Positions 19,007-29,545 of a stretch of DNA of 64,000 bases are shown here, piece after piece; position 1 is the stretch's first letter, and every line of letters begins with the position of its first letter. A program made the translations under genes and the position numbers. The notes beneath the pieces are model-generated. The model was not told the DNA's origin, ran no database searches, and saw only the letters and a list, made by a program, of their open reading frames with translations. The stretch is from assembly GCA_045597865.1 (NCBI GenBank), contig JAZLKX010000025.1, positions 32,001 through 96,000 of the forward strand, written 5' to 3'. The stretch comes from Bacilli bacterium (GTDB taxonomy: Bacteria > Bacillota_I > Bacilli_A > RFN20 > CAG-826).

Positions 19007-22000
19007 GTTTATTTGCCTCCAATTTTGTAATTTGTTTTATCGAGAATTCTTGTTTCAAAGAACGGAAGTATCCATCAACAACAACTATGTTGTTTTTCTT
19101 TAATACACTTGAAGATCTTTCAAATGCATCAGCGAAAACAGTAAGTTCTTTTTCACAAGTATCATCATAGATGGTTACGAAAGCCATCTGTTGTTTTTTC
19201 TTGGTTGTAATCTTTTTAACATTCTTAACAATTCCAACAACTTTAATATCGCCAGTAGTGGAATCGATTTGGTCTAATTTAATAGCTTTGAGGTTCTTAA
19301 TTTCTGATGCATAAGCATCAAGTGGTGAACCTGAAACCATAAGTCCTAATGCATTGAATTCACGATTTAAGTTATCCATGAAATCATCATCAGTTTTTGT
19401 TATAACTGGTTTTGGAAGGAAACTTGGATCGATTGCAACTAAACCTTGGTCATCTATTAAAGCACCTGCGTAACTTAATGCATTTGGAACGTTAATTCTA
19501 AGTGAAGCTCTAGAAGGTTCAATTGAGTCGAATGCACCTGCATCAATTAAGTTCATAAGTTGAGCATCGCTAAAGCGATACTTTTGCATTCTGACTACAA
19601 AATCAAATAAATCTTGGAATGGACCAGCTTGTCTTTCTGTAAGAATATTTGTAACTGTAACACCTGAAATTCCTCTAACGGAAGAGAGTGGGAACAAGAT
19701 GTCTTTTCCTTCGAGTTTGAATGTAACACCGGACTTATTAATGTCTGGACATTTCACTTTAATTTTGAGTGCTTTCATCTCTGCAATAGTGTTATTAAAT
19801 TCAGTGGTGGAAGCGTTAGATAAAATAGAAGCATAGAATTCTTCTGGATAATGAGCTTTCAAGTAAGCCATTCTACAAGTAAAGATTGCGTAAACGACGG
19901 AGTGTGATCTGTTAAATCCGTAGTTAGCAAATTTATCAATGAGATTGAAGACATCAGTTGCTTCTTGCTCCTTGTAGCCTTTCTTGATTGCGCCGTTCAC
20001 AAATGATGAACGTAAAGCTTCAAGTTTTTTGCTATCTTTCTTTGAAACTGCACGTCTAAATGAGTCTGCTTCACCTAAAGTGAATCCAGCCATCTTTGAT
20101 GCAATTTGCATAATTTGCTCTTGGTAAACAATAACGCCATAGGTTGGTGCTAAGATTTCTTCTAGAGCAGGCGAAAGATATTTTGGTTTCAACCCAGAAT
20201 TTTTCTTTTTAGCAAAATCCTTAATGGAATCCATTGGACCTGGTCTATATAAAGCAAGAAGTTGGACAACATCTTCGAACGATTTGATTTTCAAAGTTCT
20301 AATAGCATTTCTCATACCAGCAGATTCAAGTTGGAATAAACCCATGGTTTTAGCAGAACCAATCATTTTGATTCCAAGTGGATCATTGTATGGAATTTCA
20401 TCACGTTTTAAATCAATTCCTTTTTCTTTTAGCATAGCTAAACAATCTTCAACAATTGTTAAGTTGCGAAGTGCTAAAATATCCATCTTTAAGAAGCCTT
20501 GTTCTTCGATGTAATCTTTTTCAAATTGTTCAACGTATCCGCCATCAAAGGCTCTTGATAGTGGAATAACGCCTTCAAGTGGTTCAGCATTTAAAACAAC
20601 ACCGACTGCGTGAAGTGATGCTTGTCTTGGAAGTCCTTCAATCTTGCTAGCAAGAGTAACGATTTCCAAATAGTATTTATCATTGTTAACTAAGTCTCTA
20701 AATTGAGCGTTAGTTTTATAAATATCTCTAAGAGAAAGTTTGTCATCTTTTTCATCTTTAATGAGTTTGGTAAAAAGTTCAATGTCGTGTTTTTCATAAT
20801 TGAAAATTCTACCAACATCATTAAGTGCAGCTTTTGCACCAAGTTTTTGAACTGCTATGATTCTTGCAATTCTGTTATTGCCGTATTTTCTACGAATGTA
20901 TTCAACGATTTCTTCACGATGAATATCACTAAAGTCAACGTCAATATCTGGCATTGTTTGTCTAGCAGGATTTAAGAAACGCTCAAAGAGCAAGTTGTAT
21001 TCAAATGGATCTGGAACAGTAATGCCTAAGGCATAAGAAACTAAAGAACCTGATGCAGAGCCACGGCCTGGACCAACAGCAATATCATTTTCTTTTGCAA
21101 AGTTAATGTAGTCTTGAACGATTAAGAAATAATCGCTGTAACCCATCTTTTTGATGGTGTCTAATTCAAAGTTAATTCTGTCTATGTATTGTTGAGAAGT
21201 CTTACCTTTTTCCTCAAGACCTTTGAGAGCATTTCTTCTTAGAACATCATCTGCAAATTCACCGGTTTCCTTAACCCAAGAAATCATTTTTCCACGTTGA
21301 GAAATGAAGGAAAATTTAATTTTTCCAACAAATTCTTCAATATTTTTAATTTCTTCAGGAGTGTAATCTTTTAAGATTTCTTCTTGAGTTTTGAGATATT
21401 CATTACCTTCAAGGCTCTTAATTTCGAGGACTTCTTTTGAGTCAATTGCTTTCATCATTTCAAGGACAATCGCATCTTCTTTTTTGATGTATTTGATTGA
21501 TGGGAAAGCGATGGTTTTATATCCATGTGTAAATGCGAACTCACGCATTGCAGCAAGGTAATCGACTTCAAAAGTGGCTTCAATACCAATATAGAAGTTT
21601 GAAAAACCACGAGTTAGCTTTGCTAATCTTCTCGCAAAGTCATCTGGGTTATTTAATAAAGGTTCTTTGAGCGGTTCGTTATTTGAAGAAAGAACAACTA
21701 CTAGTCCTTCACTAAGTTCTGCGATTGTGTTTGCGTGTGCTTCTCCATTTTCAACTGCTAAAGAAAGTTTTAATAAGTTGTGATAACCTTCTTCATTTAA
21801 AACGTAGAAGCTAAATAATAAGTTATCGATAAAAAGATCTTCTCCAAGTACAACCTTAAGTCCTGCTTTTTCAGCTTCATGGAAAAGTGAAGGAGCACCA
21901 GTTAAGTTTTGGAAATCTGAAATGCCAACAGTAGTGTACCCAAGTTTTTTAGCAGTCTTTAAATAATCCTCAATCTTTAGTCCTGATTTGAGGAAAGAGT

Positions 22001-22034
22001 AACCGCTATAAACATGTAAAGGTATAAAACTCAT
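18999..22034 (-). CDS. dnaE: DNA polymerase III subunit alpha (DnaE)
   Basis: PHP-like N-terminus; GPGRGS, PDIDVDF, YGFNRSH; C-terminal OB fold. Confidence 0.97.
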   Translation of the reverse strand: MSFIPLHVYSGYSFLKSGLKIEDYLKTAKKLGYTTVGISDFQNLTGAPSLFHEAEKAGLKVVLGEDLFIDNLLFSFYVLNEEGYHNLLKLSLAVENGEAHANTIAELSEGLVVVLSSNNEPLKEPLLNNPDDFARRLAKLTRGFSNFYIGIEATFEVDYLAAMREFAFTHGYKTIAFPSIKYIKKEDAIVLEMMKAIDSKEVLEIKSLEGNEYLKTQEEILKDYTPEEIKNIEEFVGKIKFSFISQRGKMISWVKETGEFADDVLRRNALKGLEEKGKTSQQYIDRINFELDTIKKMGYSDYFLIVQDYINFAKENDIAVGPGRGSASGSLVSYALGITVPDPFEYNLLFERFLNPARQTMPDIDVDFSDIHREEIVEYIRRKYGNNRIARIIAVQKLGAKAALNDVGRIFNYEKHDIELFTKLIKDEKDDKLSLRDIYKTNAQFRDLVNNDKYYLEIVTLASKIEGLPRQASLHAVGVVLNAEPLEGVIPLSRAFDGGYVEQFEKDYIEEQGFLKMDILALRNLTIVEDCLAMLKEKGIDLKRDEIPYNDPLGIKMIGSAKTMGLFQLESAGMRNAIRTLKIKSFEDVVQLLALYRPGPMDSIKDFAKKKNSGLKPKYLSPALEEILAPTYGVIVYQEQIMQIASKMAGFTLGEADSFRRAVSKKDSKKLEALRSSFVNGAIKKGYKEQEATDVFNLIDKFANYGFNRSHSVVYAIFTCRMAYLKAHYPEEFYASILSNASTTEFNNTIAEMKALKIKVKCPDINKSGVTFKLEGKDILFPLSSVRGISGVTVTNILTERQAGPFQDLFDFVVRMQKYRFSDAQLMNLIDAGAFDSIEPSRASLRINVPNALSYAGALIDDQGLVAIDPSFLPKPVITKTDDDFMDNLNREFNALGLMVSGSPLDAYASEIKNLKAIKLDQIDSTTGDIKVVGIVKNVKKITTKKKQQMAFVTIYDDTCEKELTVFADAFERSSSVLKKNNIVVVDGYFRSLKQEFSIKQITKLEANKHE

Positions 22035-22070
22035 GCGAATATTGTAGCAATATTTATAAATAAATAAAAT

Positions 22071-22097
22071 AAAAAGGTATCATTTTGACACCTTTTT
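22071..22097 (-). terminator. Terminator downstream of nrnA
   Basis: AAAAAGGTATCA-TTT-TGACACCTTTTT hairpin. Confidence 0.6.
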
Positions 22098-22114
22098 AGA
22101 ATTGGTATTGTTTG

Positions 22115-23098
22115 TTATTCAAACATCTTGTCGAGTTCTTTAATGAGCTCAGTTACTTCTCTCCAAGTTTTCAACTTGGTGGCTGAAGCTTGAGTATGTC
22201 CTCCGCCTCCAAATCTTTCTGCAAACTTGTCAATTTCAGTACCTGCACTTCTTATAGAAACTCTCCAGTTTCCTTTCGCTACATCTTCTGTAATAGAAAG
22301 CCATGCATGGATTCCTTTGAAGTGAGCGAAGACATTAACATTGTCTTTTCCTTGAATTGGAAGAAGTCCAAATTTCTTGAGAATTTTATCGGTTAATACA
22401 TAGTATGCGACACCATGTTTTGTAATTTTGTAGTGTTTGAGAACGTATTTTCTAACTTCAAGATCAGTAAGATTTTCATCGTACATTTCATTGTATGCTT
22501 GGACTAAATCAAAACCTGTTTCAAGAAGTCTTTGTGCAATAAAGAAAGTGTGGTTAGTGGTGTGGGAGTATAAGAATCTTCCAGAGTCACCAACAATAGC
22601 TTTGTATAAATTTGCAGCAGCTTCCTTAGAAATCTTGTATTCTGGTTTGCTTAAAAGCATAGATGCAATAAGTTCACCTGCAGCAATCATTGTGTCATCA
22701 ACAATTTGTAAATCTCCATAGGAGTCTACTGCTGGGTGGTGATCAATTTTAACAATGCATTTTGCTTTTTCGTAACGAGTGTCTGCAGCTCTATCAATTG
22801 TTGATAAATCAACAATAATTGCTAAGAATTCTTGATCAAACCATGCATCATCAATTGTTTGCATGACTGGGAAACATTTGTTAGTGAGAGAAACGTGATC
22901 ATCACCAACGTAGATAACGTCCTTATCCGGCCAGTTATCTTTGATAAAGGTTGCAAGACCAAGTTGAGATCCGAATGCATCATAATCTGGATGGTCATGT
23001 CTAAATACAGCAATGTGTTTAAATTCTTTAACAAGTTCAAAGAACTTATCTACATCTTTTGCGTAATTTTTAATTCTATTTTCAATAATCTTTTCCAT
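22115..23098 (-). CDS. nrnA: DHH/DHHA1 oligoribonuclease / pAp phosphatase NrnA
   Basis: HDHPDYDA, IDHH, GDSGRF, GGGGH; ATG at 23098 lies just past the ackA stop. Confidence 0.9.
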   Translation of the reverse strand: MEKIIENRIKNYAKDVDKFFELVKEFKHIAVFRHDHPDYDAFGSQLGLATFIKDNWPDKDVIYVGDDHVSLTNKCFPVMQTIDDAWFDQEFLAIIVDLSTIDRAADTRYEKAKCIVKIDHHPAVDSYGDLQIVDDTMIAAGELIASMLLSKPEYKISKEAAANLYKAIVGDSGRFLYSHTTNHTFFIAQRLLETGFDLVQAYNEMYDENLTDLEVRKYVLKHYKITKHGVAYYVLTDKILKKFGLLPIQGKDNVNVFAHFKGIHAWLSITEDVAKGNWRVSIRSAGTEIDKFAERFGGGGHTQASATKLKTWREVTELIKELDKMFE

Positions 23099-23099
23099 T

Positions 23100-24290
23100 T
23101 TATTTTTTATAGAAAGCAAAAGTATCTCTTGCGATCATGACTTCTTCATCTGTTGGGATGACAACAACTTTAATCTTTGAATCTGGCTTAGAAAGTAAAG
23201 TTTCTTTACCTCTAACTTTGTTAGCTTCATAGTCAATTGAAAGACCTAAAGCTGGAGTAATTTCTTTTAAGATATCTTCACGAGATTCAATTGAGTTTTC
23301 ACCAATACCTGCTGAGAAGATGATTAAATCTGCTCCACCTAAACGGACATAATATTGTCCGATAAAGTCTGCAATACGACGTGTGAACAATCTAATTGAA
23401 AGTTGTGCATCTTTGTTTCCGGCTTCTGCAGCTGCAATAACATCACGTGAGTCATTTGAAACTGTTGAGACACCTTGGAAACCTGATTGTTTATTGAAGA
23501 TTTGATACATTTCTTCAACTGATTTACCTGTGCACTTACACAGATAATTCATAACTGATGGATCTAAGTCACCAGTTCTTGTTCCCATCATAATTCCACC
23601 TAAAGGTGTAAGCCCCATAGATGTAGCAACACATTTACCATCTTTGATGGCAGTGATGGAAGCACCAGAACCAATGTGACAAGAAATAATTCTTGGGTGT
23701 TTAACACCTGGCAAATACTTGAGACCCATCTCGCTTAAGTACTTGTGTGAAGTACCGTGTGCGCCATAGCGCCTACAATCATATTTTTCGGTGAATTCTT
23801 TTGGAATTGGGAATGTGTAATCTTCTGGTTCCATTGTTTGATGGAATGCTGTATCAAAAATTGCAACGTTAGTAACATTTGGGAGGATTTTCTTAAATGC
23901 TCTAAAACCAACTAAGTGAGCTTTGTTATGAAGTGGTGCAAGTGGAATTAATGATTCAATCTTTGCTTCAGTATCTTCGTTAAATAATTCTGATTTTGAG
24001 AAGTACTTACCACCTTGAACGATACGGTGACCAACAGCCACAATTTCATTCATGTCTTTAACAATTCCTTTTTCAAGCATAGCTTCGACAACTAATTCGA
24101 CAGCACGAGCATGATCGAGAATTGGTAAAACTTTCTTTTCACTTTCGCCATTCCATTTCATTCCGAAGATGGCGTCTTCGTGTCCGATTCTTTCGGCGTT
24201 TCCGGAACATAAAACTTTTTCTTCAGGCATTTCAAAAAGCTTAAATTTTAAACTTGATGATCCTGCATTAACAGCCATAACTTTTGCCAT
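23100..24290 (-). CDS. ackA: Acetate kinase
   Basis: NAGSSSLK, GHRIVQGG, FDTAFH, RRYGAHGTSH, TSMGLTPL, PTDEE. Confidence 0.98.
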   Translation of the reverse strand: MAKVMAVNAGSSSLKFKLFEMPEEKVLCSGNAERIGHEDAIFGMKWNGESEKKVLPILDHARAVELVVEAMLEKGIVKDMNEIVAVGHRIVQGGKYFSKSELFNEDTEAKIESLIPLAPLHNKAHLVGFRAFKKILPNVTNVAIFDTAFHQTMEPEDYTFPIPKEFTEKYDCRRYGAHGTSHKYLSEMGLKYLPGVKHPRIISCHIGSGASITAIKDGKCVATSMGLTPLGGIMMGTRTGDLDPSVMNYLCKCTGKSVEEMYQIFNKQSGFQGVSTVSNDSRDVIAAAEAGNKDAQLSIRLFTRRIADFIGQYYVRLGGADLIIFSAGIGENSIESREDILKEITPALGLSIDYEANKVRGKETLLSKPDSKIKVVVIPTDEEVMIARDTFAFYKK

Positions 24291-24690
24291 ATTTTTTACC
24301 TCGCAACGTGAAATATTATAGTCAAATTAGGTAACAATAGCAATTAAATAAAATTAATTTTATCACTCACTATATTAATGCCTATAATTAACGCATAAAT
24401 AGGAATAAGGAAATTTAGAGAAAAAATACGTCAAATTTAGCACTTTTTTAACAAAAATTTTGTTCTTTCAAATTTGATAAAAAAGTAATCTAAAATTTGA
24501 ATGAATTCTTAATAAAAATTTATATGGGAATAACAAAAATTATGCTGATAATCTAACAAGTTAGTACTTTAATAATTCAAAAGGGAATAGATAATAATTT
24601 TTAATCCTAAAATTTCTATTCTTTTTACAAGAATTTTTATGATTTTGCAAAAAGTCAAAATAAGCGGGAAAATGAGGGGATTTTTAGCAA

Positions 24691-24704
24691 TGAAAACGTT
24701 TTCA
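24691..24704. promoter_or_regulatory. cre-like / LacI-family operator upstream of glgB
   Basis: Perfect palindrome TGAAAACGTTTTCA matching the CcpA cre consensus. Confidence 0.7.
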
Positions 24705-24775
24705 CTATTAAAAGGAAAGTAATTTTATAAAAATTATTACATCTTTATATATTATTATGATAAACTTAAGGCATT

Positions 24776-26611
24776 ATGGCATACGGATTATTATTAGACT
24801 TTCTTTACGGCCAAACAATTGATGCTTATCAATACTTCGGTGCGCACTTTGAAAAAAAGGGCCGTAAGAGTGGTGTAGTTTTTAGACTATACGCTCCTGG
24901 CGCAGATGATGTTTCAGTAATAGGAGAATGGAATGGTTGGGACGTTGGCGCAAACAAAATGGCCAAAGTCGACGAATCTGGAGTATGGGAGGTTTTTGTT
25001 CCAGGCGTTTTAAATTACCAATCCTACAAATATCACTTTAGAAACGCACATGGCAACTATGTTGACAAAGCAGACCCAGTTGCTTTTTATTCAGAATTAA
25101 GACCAAATACCTGTTCAAGAGTTTTTGACTACACAGGTTTTATTTGGCATGACGATGATTGGATGAAATCTCGTACAAGAAACTTTGAAAAACCACTTTC
25201 CATTTATGAAATGCATATTGGAAGCTGGATTGGTCACGGTGAAAACAATCGCTATTTCTCATATGAGGAAATTGCAGATAAATTAGTTGACTATGTCAAA
25301 GATATGGGATTTACCCACGTTGAATTTATGCCAGTTATACAACACCCATTCGATGGTTCTTGGGGCTATCAAGCTACAGGTTTCTACTCTGTAGATTCAA
25401 GATATGGAAACCCACATCAATTCATGTCTTTAGTTGATAGACTTCACCAAGCTGGAATCGGTGTAATTGTTGATTTTGCTCCAGTTCATTTTGCAACAGA
25501 TGCTTGGGCACTTGTTGATTATGATGGCGCAAATTTATTTGAACCATCAGATCCAAATAGACGTTTCAGCCCATGGGGTAGCGCATATTTTGATTTAGGA
25601 AAAGATCCAGTTAGATCATTCTTGATGTCTGCAATGAACTACTTTGTTACTGAATGTCACGTTGATGGTTTAAGAATTGATGCTGTTAGTAATATCCTAT
25701 ATTACGAAGGCAATAAAGCATTAGGAAGAAACGAAGGTTCAATCGAATTCCTCAAACGCCTTAATGCACGTATGCACGATAGACACTGTTCACTTATGAT
25801 GATTGCAGAAGACTCAACTGATTTCCCAGGTGTTACTAAACCAACTGAATGGGATGGAATTGGCTTCGACTATAAGTGGGACTTAGGTTGGATGAATGAT
25901 ACTTTAAAATATTATTCAAAAGACCCAGTCTACAAGAAATACGAACACAATAAGTTAACATTCTCAATGGCTTATTTCTTTAATGAAAACTTCATGTTAC
26001 CTTTCTCACACGACGAAGTCGTCCATGGTAAAGGAACATTAGTTAATAAGCTTTGGGGTGATTATAATCAAAAGTTTATGCAACTTAGAAACTTAATTGC
26101 ATACCAGTACGCACACCCAGGAAAGAAACTCAACTTCATGGGTAACGAGCTTGGTACTTTTGATGAATGGAATGAAATTAAATCCTTAGCATGGAATTTA
26201 AAATCATATCCAATGCACGACTCATTCGGTCGTCTCTTTAGAGACTTGAACCTCATTTACAAAGCAGAACCTGCAATGTACATGAACGAGTATAATCCAA
26301 ACAACTTCAATTGGTTAGAGGTTGATAACTCAGATCAATCAATATTTGCTTTTGAAAGATTTGATGGAGATTCTCGTTTGGTTTTCGTTTTCAACATGAC
26401 TCCAAATTACTACGAGTACATTGAAATTCCAGTAACACAACCTGGTACTTACACTGAGATTTTTAACTCAGAAAAAGACGTTTATTCTGGATGCAACCAA
26501 TATAATGGTGCCCCAATTAAGTCTACTGAGTTTGGGCCTTACGGAAGACCTCACAAAATCACAATTAAGCTTGCCTCCTTTGGAGCATGTATTTTCAAAT
26601 ATAAAAAATAG
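24776..26611 (+). CDS. glgB: 1,4-alpha-glucan branching enzyme (GH13)
   Basis: CBM48-like N-terminus; IYEMHIGSW, SWGYQ, DGLRIDAV, IAEDS, SHDEVVHGK. Confidence 0.97.
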   Translation: MAYGLLLDFLYGQTIDAYQYFGAHFEKKGRKSGVVFRLYAPGADDVSVIGEWNGWDVGANKMAKVDESGVWEVFVPGVLNYQSYKYHFRNAHGNYVDKADPVAFYSELRPNTCSRVFDYTGFIWHDDDWMKSRTRNFEKPLSIYEMHIGSWIGHGENNRYFSYEEIADKLVDYVKDMGFTHVEFMPVIQHPFDGSWGYQATGFYSVDSRYGNPHQFMSLVDRLHQAGIGVIVDFAPVHFATDAWALVDYDGANLFEPSDPNRRFSPWGSAYFDLGKDPVRSFLMSAMNYFVTECHVDGLRIDAVSNILYYEGNKALGRNEGSIEFLKRLNARMHDRHCSLMMIAEDSTDFPGVTKPTEWDGIGFDYKWDLGWMNDTLKYYSKDPVYKKYEHNKLTFSMAYFFNENFMLPFSHDEVVHGKGTLVNKLWGDYNQKFMQLRNLIAYQYAHPGKKLNFMGNELGTFDEWNEIKSLAWNLKSYPMHDSFGRLFRDLNLIYKAEPAMYMNEYNPNNFNWLEVDNSDQSIFAFERFDGDSRLVFVFNMTPNYYEYIEIPVTQPGTYTEIFNSEKDVYSGCNQYNGAPIKSTEFGPYGRPHKITIKLASFGACIFKYKK

Positions 26612-26625
26612 GAAGGTATTATTTT

Positions 26626-29034
26626 ATGTTTAGTTCCACAAAAGCTTTTAAAGCTGAGTTCAAGAAAAGATTACTTGAAAAGTACGCAAACAATGTCGAA
26701 GAATCACACATTTTCGAACAATATGATGTCTTAGGCAAAATGGTTAGAGACTATGCTGGACAATATTGGAGAGAAACACGTGAGAAGGTTTTCGCAGACG
26801 GCAAGAAAGAACTTATCTATTTCTCAATGGAATTCCTTATTGGAAGACTTCTTGTTAACAACATGCAAAACCTTGGCATCTATGATGTTGCAAAGAAAGG
26901 TCTTGAAGAACTCGGTTTAGATATCAATAAATTAGAAGAACAAGAATCTGATGCAGGTTTAGGCAATGGTGGTTTAGGCCGTCTTGCAGCTTGCTTTCTA
27001 GACTCTATTTCTTCACTTGGTTATCCAGTCACTGGAAACACAATTCGTTACGAATATGGTTTCTTCAAACAACTCCTTGAAAAAGGTTACCAACTTGAAG
27101 TTCCAGATCAATGGTTAACAAATGGTTTCTGTTTCGAAGTTAGAAAACCAAAACACGCTGTTGAAATTCAATTTGGTGGTGAACCTGTTTCATTTATGAA
27201 ACAAGATGGTTCTCTTGGTTTAAAAACAAAGAATGCAGTTCACGTTAAAGCCGTTCCATATGATGTTTCTATCATTGGTTACAAGAATGAAGTTGTTAAC
27301 ACATTAAGACTTTGGGCTGCAGAACCAAGTGAGACACACTTACCAAAGAATATGCCATTCGATGAATACTTAACAATGTTAAAGGAAATCTCACATGGTC
27401 TCTATCCAGATGATTCAACTGAAAAAGGTAAGTTATTAAGACTTAGACAACAATACTTCTTAGTTTCCTCAGGACTTCAATCTATCTTAAGAGGCCACTT
27501 TAGAAGACATAAAACATTACTTAATTTACATGATCATTATGTCATGCAACTTAACGATACTCACCCAATTCTTGCAATTCCAGAATTAATGAGATTAATG
27601 ATGGACGTTTATGGCTATGGTTGGGATGAAGCTTGGGGTGTTGTTACTAAGACAATCGCATTCACAAACCACACAATCATGCAAGAAGCACTTGAAAAGT
27701 GGCCTGTTGAATTCATTGGTAAAGTCTGCCCAAGATGTATGGATATTATTTGGGAAATTAACCGTAGATTTAATGGTTTCTTAGCAGATAATAACATTCC
27801 AATGGAAGTTAGAGACGATGTCCAAATCATTCGTGATGGACGTGTTTACATGGCAAACCTTGGTGTTTATGCTTCCTTTTCAGTAAATGGCGTTGCAAAA
27901 CTCCACACCGATATTTTGAAGAAAGAAACATTTAAATATTTCTACGAACTCTTCCCAGAGAAGTTCAATAACAAGACAAATGGTGTCACTCATCGTAGAT
28001 GGTTAATGTATTCTAACCCAAAACTTGCAGATTTAATTACAAGCAAGATTGGACCAGCTTGGATTTTAGATATGGAGCACGAAATTTCTAAATTTGGTGA
28101 ATTCCAAAATGACGCTAAAGTTCAACAAGCAATGATTGACATTAAGAAAGAAAATAAGCACGCTTTAGCAAAATATATTAAAGATAAAATGGATATTGAA
28201 ATTGATGAGAATTCCATTTTTGACGTTCAAATTAAGCGTATGCACGCATACAAACGCCAAATCATGAAGATTCTTCACATCATTTATCTCTATCAACGAA
28301 TTAAATCAGATCCATCATTTACAATGTATCCAAAGACATTTATCTTTGGTGCTAAAGCAGCTCCTTCATATGTGTACGCAAAAAAGATTATTCAACTCAT
28401 TTTAGCAGTTGCTGAAGTAGTGAATAACGATCCAGAAGTTAGCAAATTCATGAAGATTGTCTTCGTTGAAAACTATGGCGTCACACTTGCAGAAAAGATT
28501 ATTCCAGCAGCAGATGTTTCAGAACAAATTTCTACAGCATCCAAAGAAGCTTCAGGAACTTCAAATATGAAGTTAATGATGAATGGTGCTGTTACACTTG
28601 GAACACTTGACGGTGCTAACGTTGAAATTCATGATTTAGTTGGTGAAGATAATTGTATTATCTTTGGTTTAACTTCTGATGAAGTTCTTAACTACTACGC
28701 ATGCGGTGGTTATTCTCCATGGGATGTCTATAACTCAGATCCAAGAGTTAAACAAATTATGGATTCATTATTTAATGGTCCATGGACAAAGAAACCAGAT
28801 CAATTCCAACTCATCTTTGATGAAATCATGAGAAATAATGATACATTCTTCATTTTAAAAGATCTTCCAGCTTACATTGAGGCAATGGAAAAAGTTGATG
28901 AACTTTATAAAGATGAAAAGAATTGGGCCAAGATGTGCATTGTTAACGTTGCTCAATCAGGTTACTTTACATCCGATAGAACAATCAGAGACTACGTTAG
29001 AGACATTTGGCACTTAAAGAAAGTTAATGAATAA
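26626..29034 (+). CDS. glgP: Glycogen/maltodextrin phosphorylase (GT35)
   Basis: LGNGGLGRLAACF, QLNDTHP, KRMHAYKRQ, EASGTSNMK. Confidence 0.97.
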   Translation: MFSSTKAFKAEFKKRLLEKYANNVEESHIFEQYDVLGKMVRDYAGQYWRETREKVFADGKKELIYFSMEFLIGRLLVNNMQNLGIYDVAKKGLEELGLDINKLEEQESDAGLGNGGLGRLAACFLDSISSLGYPVTGNTIRYEYGFFKQLLEKGYQLEVPDQWLTNGFCFEVRKPKHAVEIQFGGEPVSFMKQDGSLGLKTKNAVHVKAVPYDVSIIGYKNEVVNTLRLWAAEPSETHLPKNMPFDEYLTMLKEISHGLYPDDSTEKGKLLRLRQQYFLVSSGLQSILRGHFRRHKTLLNLHDHYVMQLNDTHPILAIPELMRLMMDVYGYGWDEAWGVVTKTIAFTNHTIMQEALEKWPVEFIGKVCPRCMDIIWEINRRFNGFLADNNIPMEVRDDVQIIRDGRVYMANLGVYASFSVNGVAKLHTDILKKETFKYFYELFPEKFNNKTNGVTHRRWLMYSNPKLADLITSKIGPAWILDMEHEISKFGEFQNDAKVQQAMIDIKKENKHALAKYIKDKMDIEIDENSIFDVQIKRMHAYKRQIMKILHIIYLYQRIKSDPSFTMYPKTFIFGAKAAPSYVYAKKIIQLILAVAEVVNNDPEVSKFMKIVFVENYGVTLAEKIIPAADVSEQISTASKEASGTSNMKLMMNGAVTLGTLDGANVEIHDLVGEDNCIIFGLTSDEVLNYYACGGYSPWDVYNSDPRVKQIMDSLFNGPWTKKPDQFQLIFDEIMRNNDTFFILKDLPAYIEAMEKVDELYKDEKNWAKMCIVNVAQSGYFTSDRTIRDYVRDIWHLKKVNE

Positions 29035-29530
29035 AATGGAAAAGATTAATCTAGCAAAGCTATATGATTTGCAAGCTGATTTAGATAAAGAAATCGCTAA
29101 AAATCATGGCTGTACATATGAATCAACTCACGAGAAAAGGCTTTTAGCCTTAATTATTGAAATTGGCGAGCTTGCCAATGAAACAAGATGTTTTAAGTTC
29201 TGGTCAAATAAAGGACCTTCTCCAAAGGAGATTACAATGGATGAATATGCAGATGGTTTGCACTTCTTCCTCTCACTTGGAATTCCTCTAAAGACTGAAA
29301 AGATGGAATATGAACTTTCAAAAAATGAAGGTGAATTAACTTTTCAATTCCACGAAGTTTATAGACTTATCGTTGACTTAAAAGAACATTATGATTTTGC
29401 TCATTACACTAAAGCACTTCAATATTTTTTAAATATTGTTTTGTCTTTAGGTTACCACGCAGAAGACATTACACAAGCTTATTTAGCTAAGCTAGAAGTT
29501 AATCACACTAGACAAGCTACAAATTATTAA
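29027..29530 (+). CDS. Dimeric all-alpha dUTP diphosphatase (dUTPase_2 family)
   Basis: EIGELANETRCFKFWS, EYADGLHF, K..VNH.RQ motifs. Confidence 0.9.
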   Translation: MNKMEKINLAKLYDLQADLDKEIAKNHGCTYESTHEKRLLALIIEIGELANETRCFKFWSNKGPSPKEITMDEYADGLHFFLSLGIPLKTEKMEYELSKNEGELTFQFHEVYRLIVDLKEHYDFAHYTKALQYFLNIVLSLGYHAEDITQAYLAKLEVNHTRQATNY

Positions 29531-29545
29531 AAGAAGGTTTATTTT

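Noticed and set aside
24291-24775. Long AT-rich gap as origin, dif site, sRNA or mobile-element scar
   Set aside because: No DnaA boxes, dif consensus, stable hairpin or terminal repeats; only weak CAAATT-like recurrences expected in AT-rich DNA
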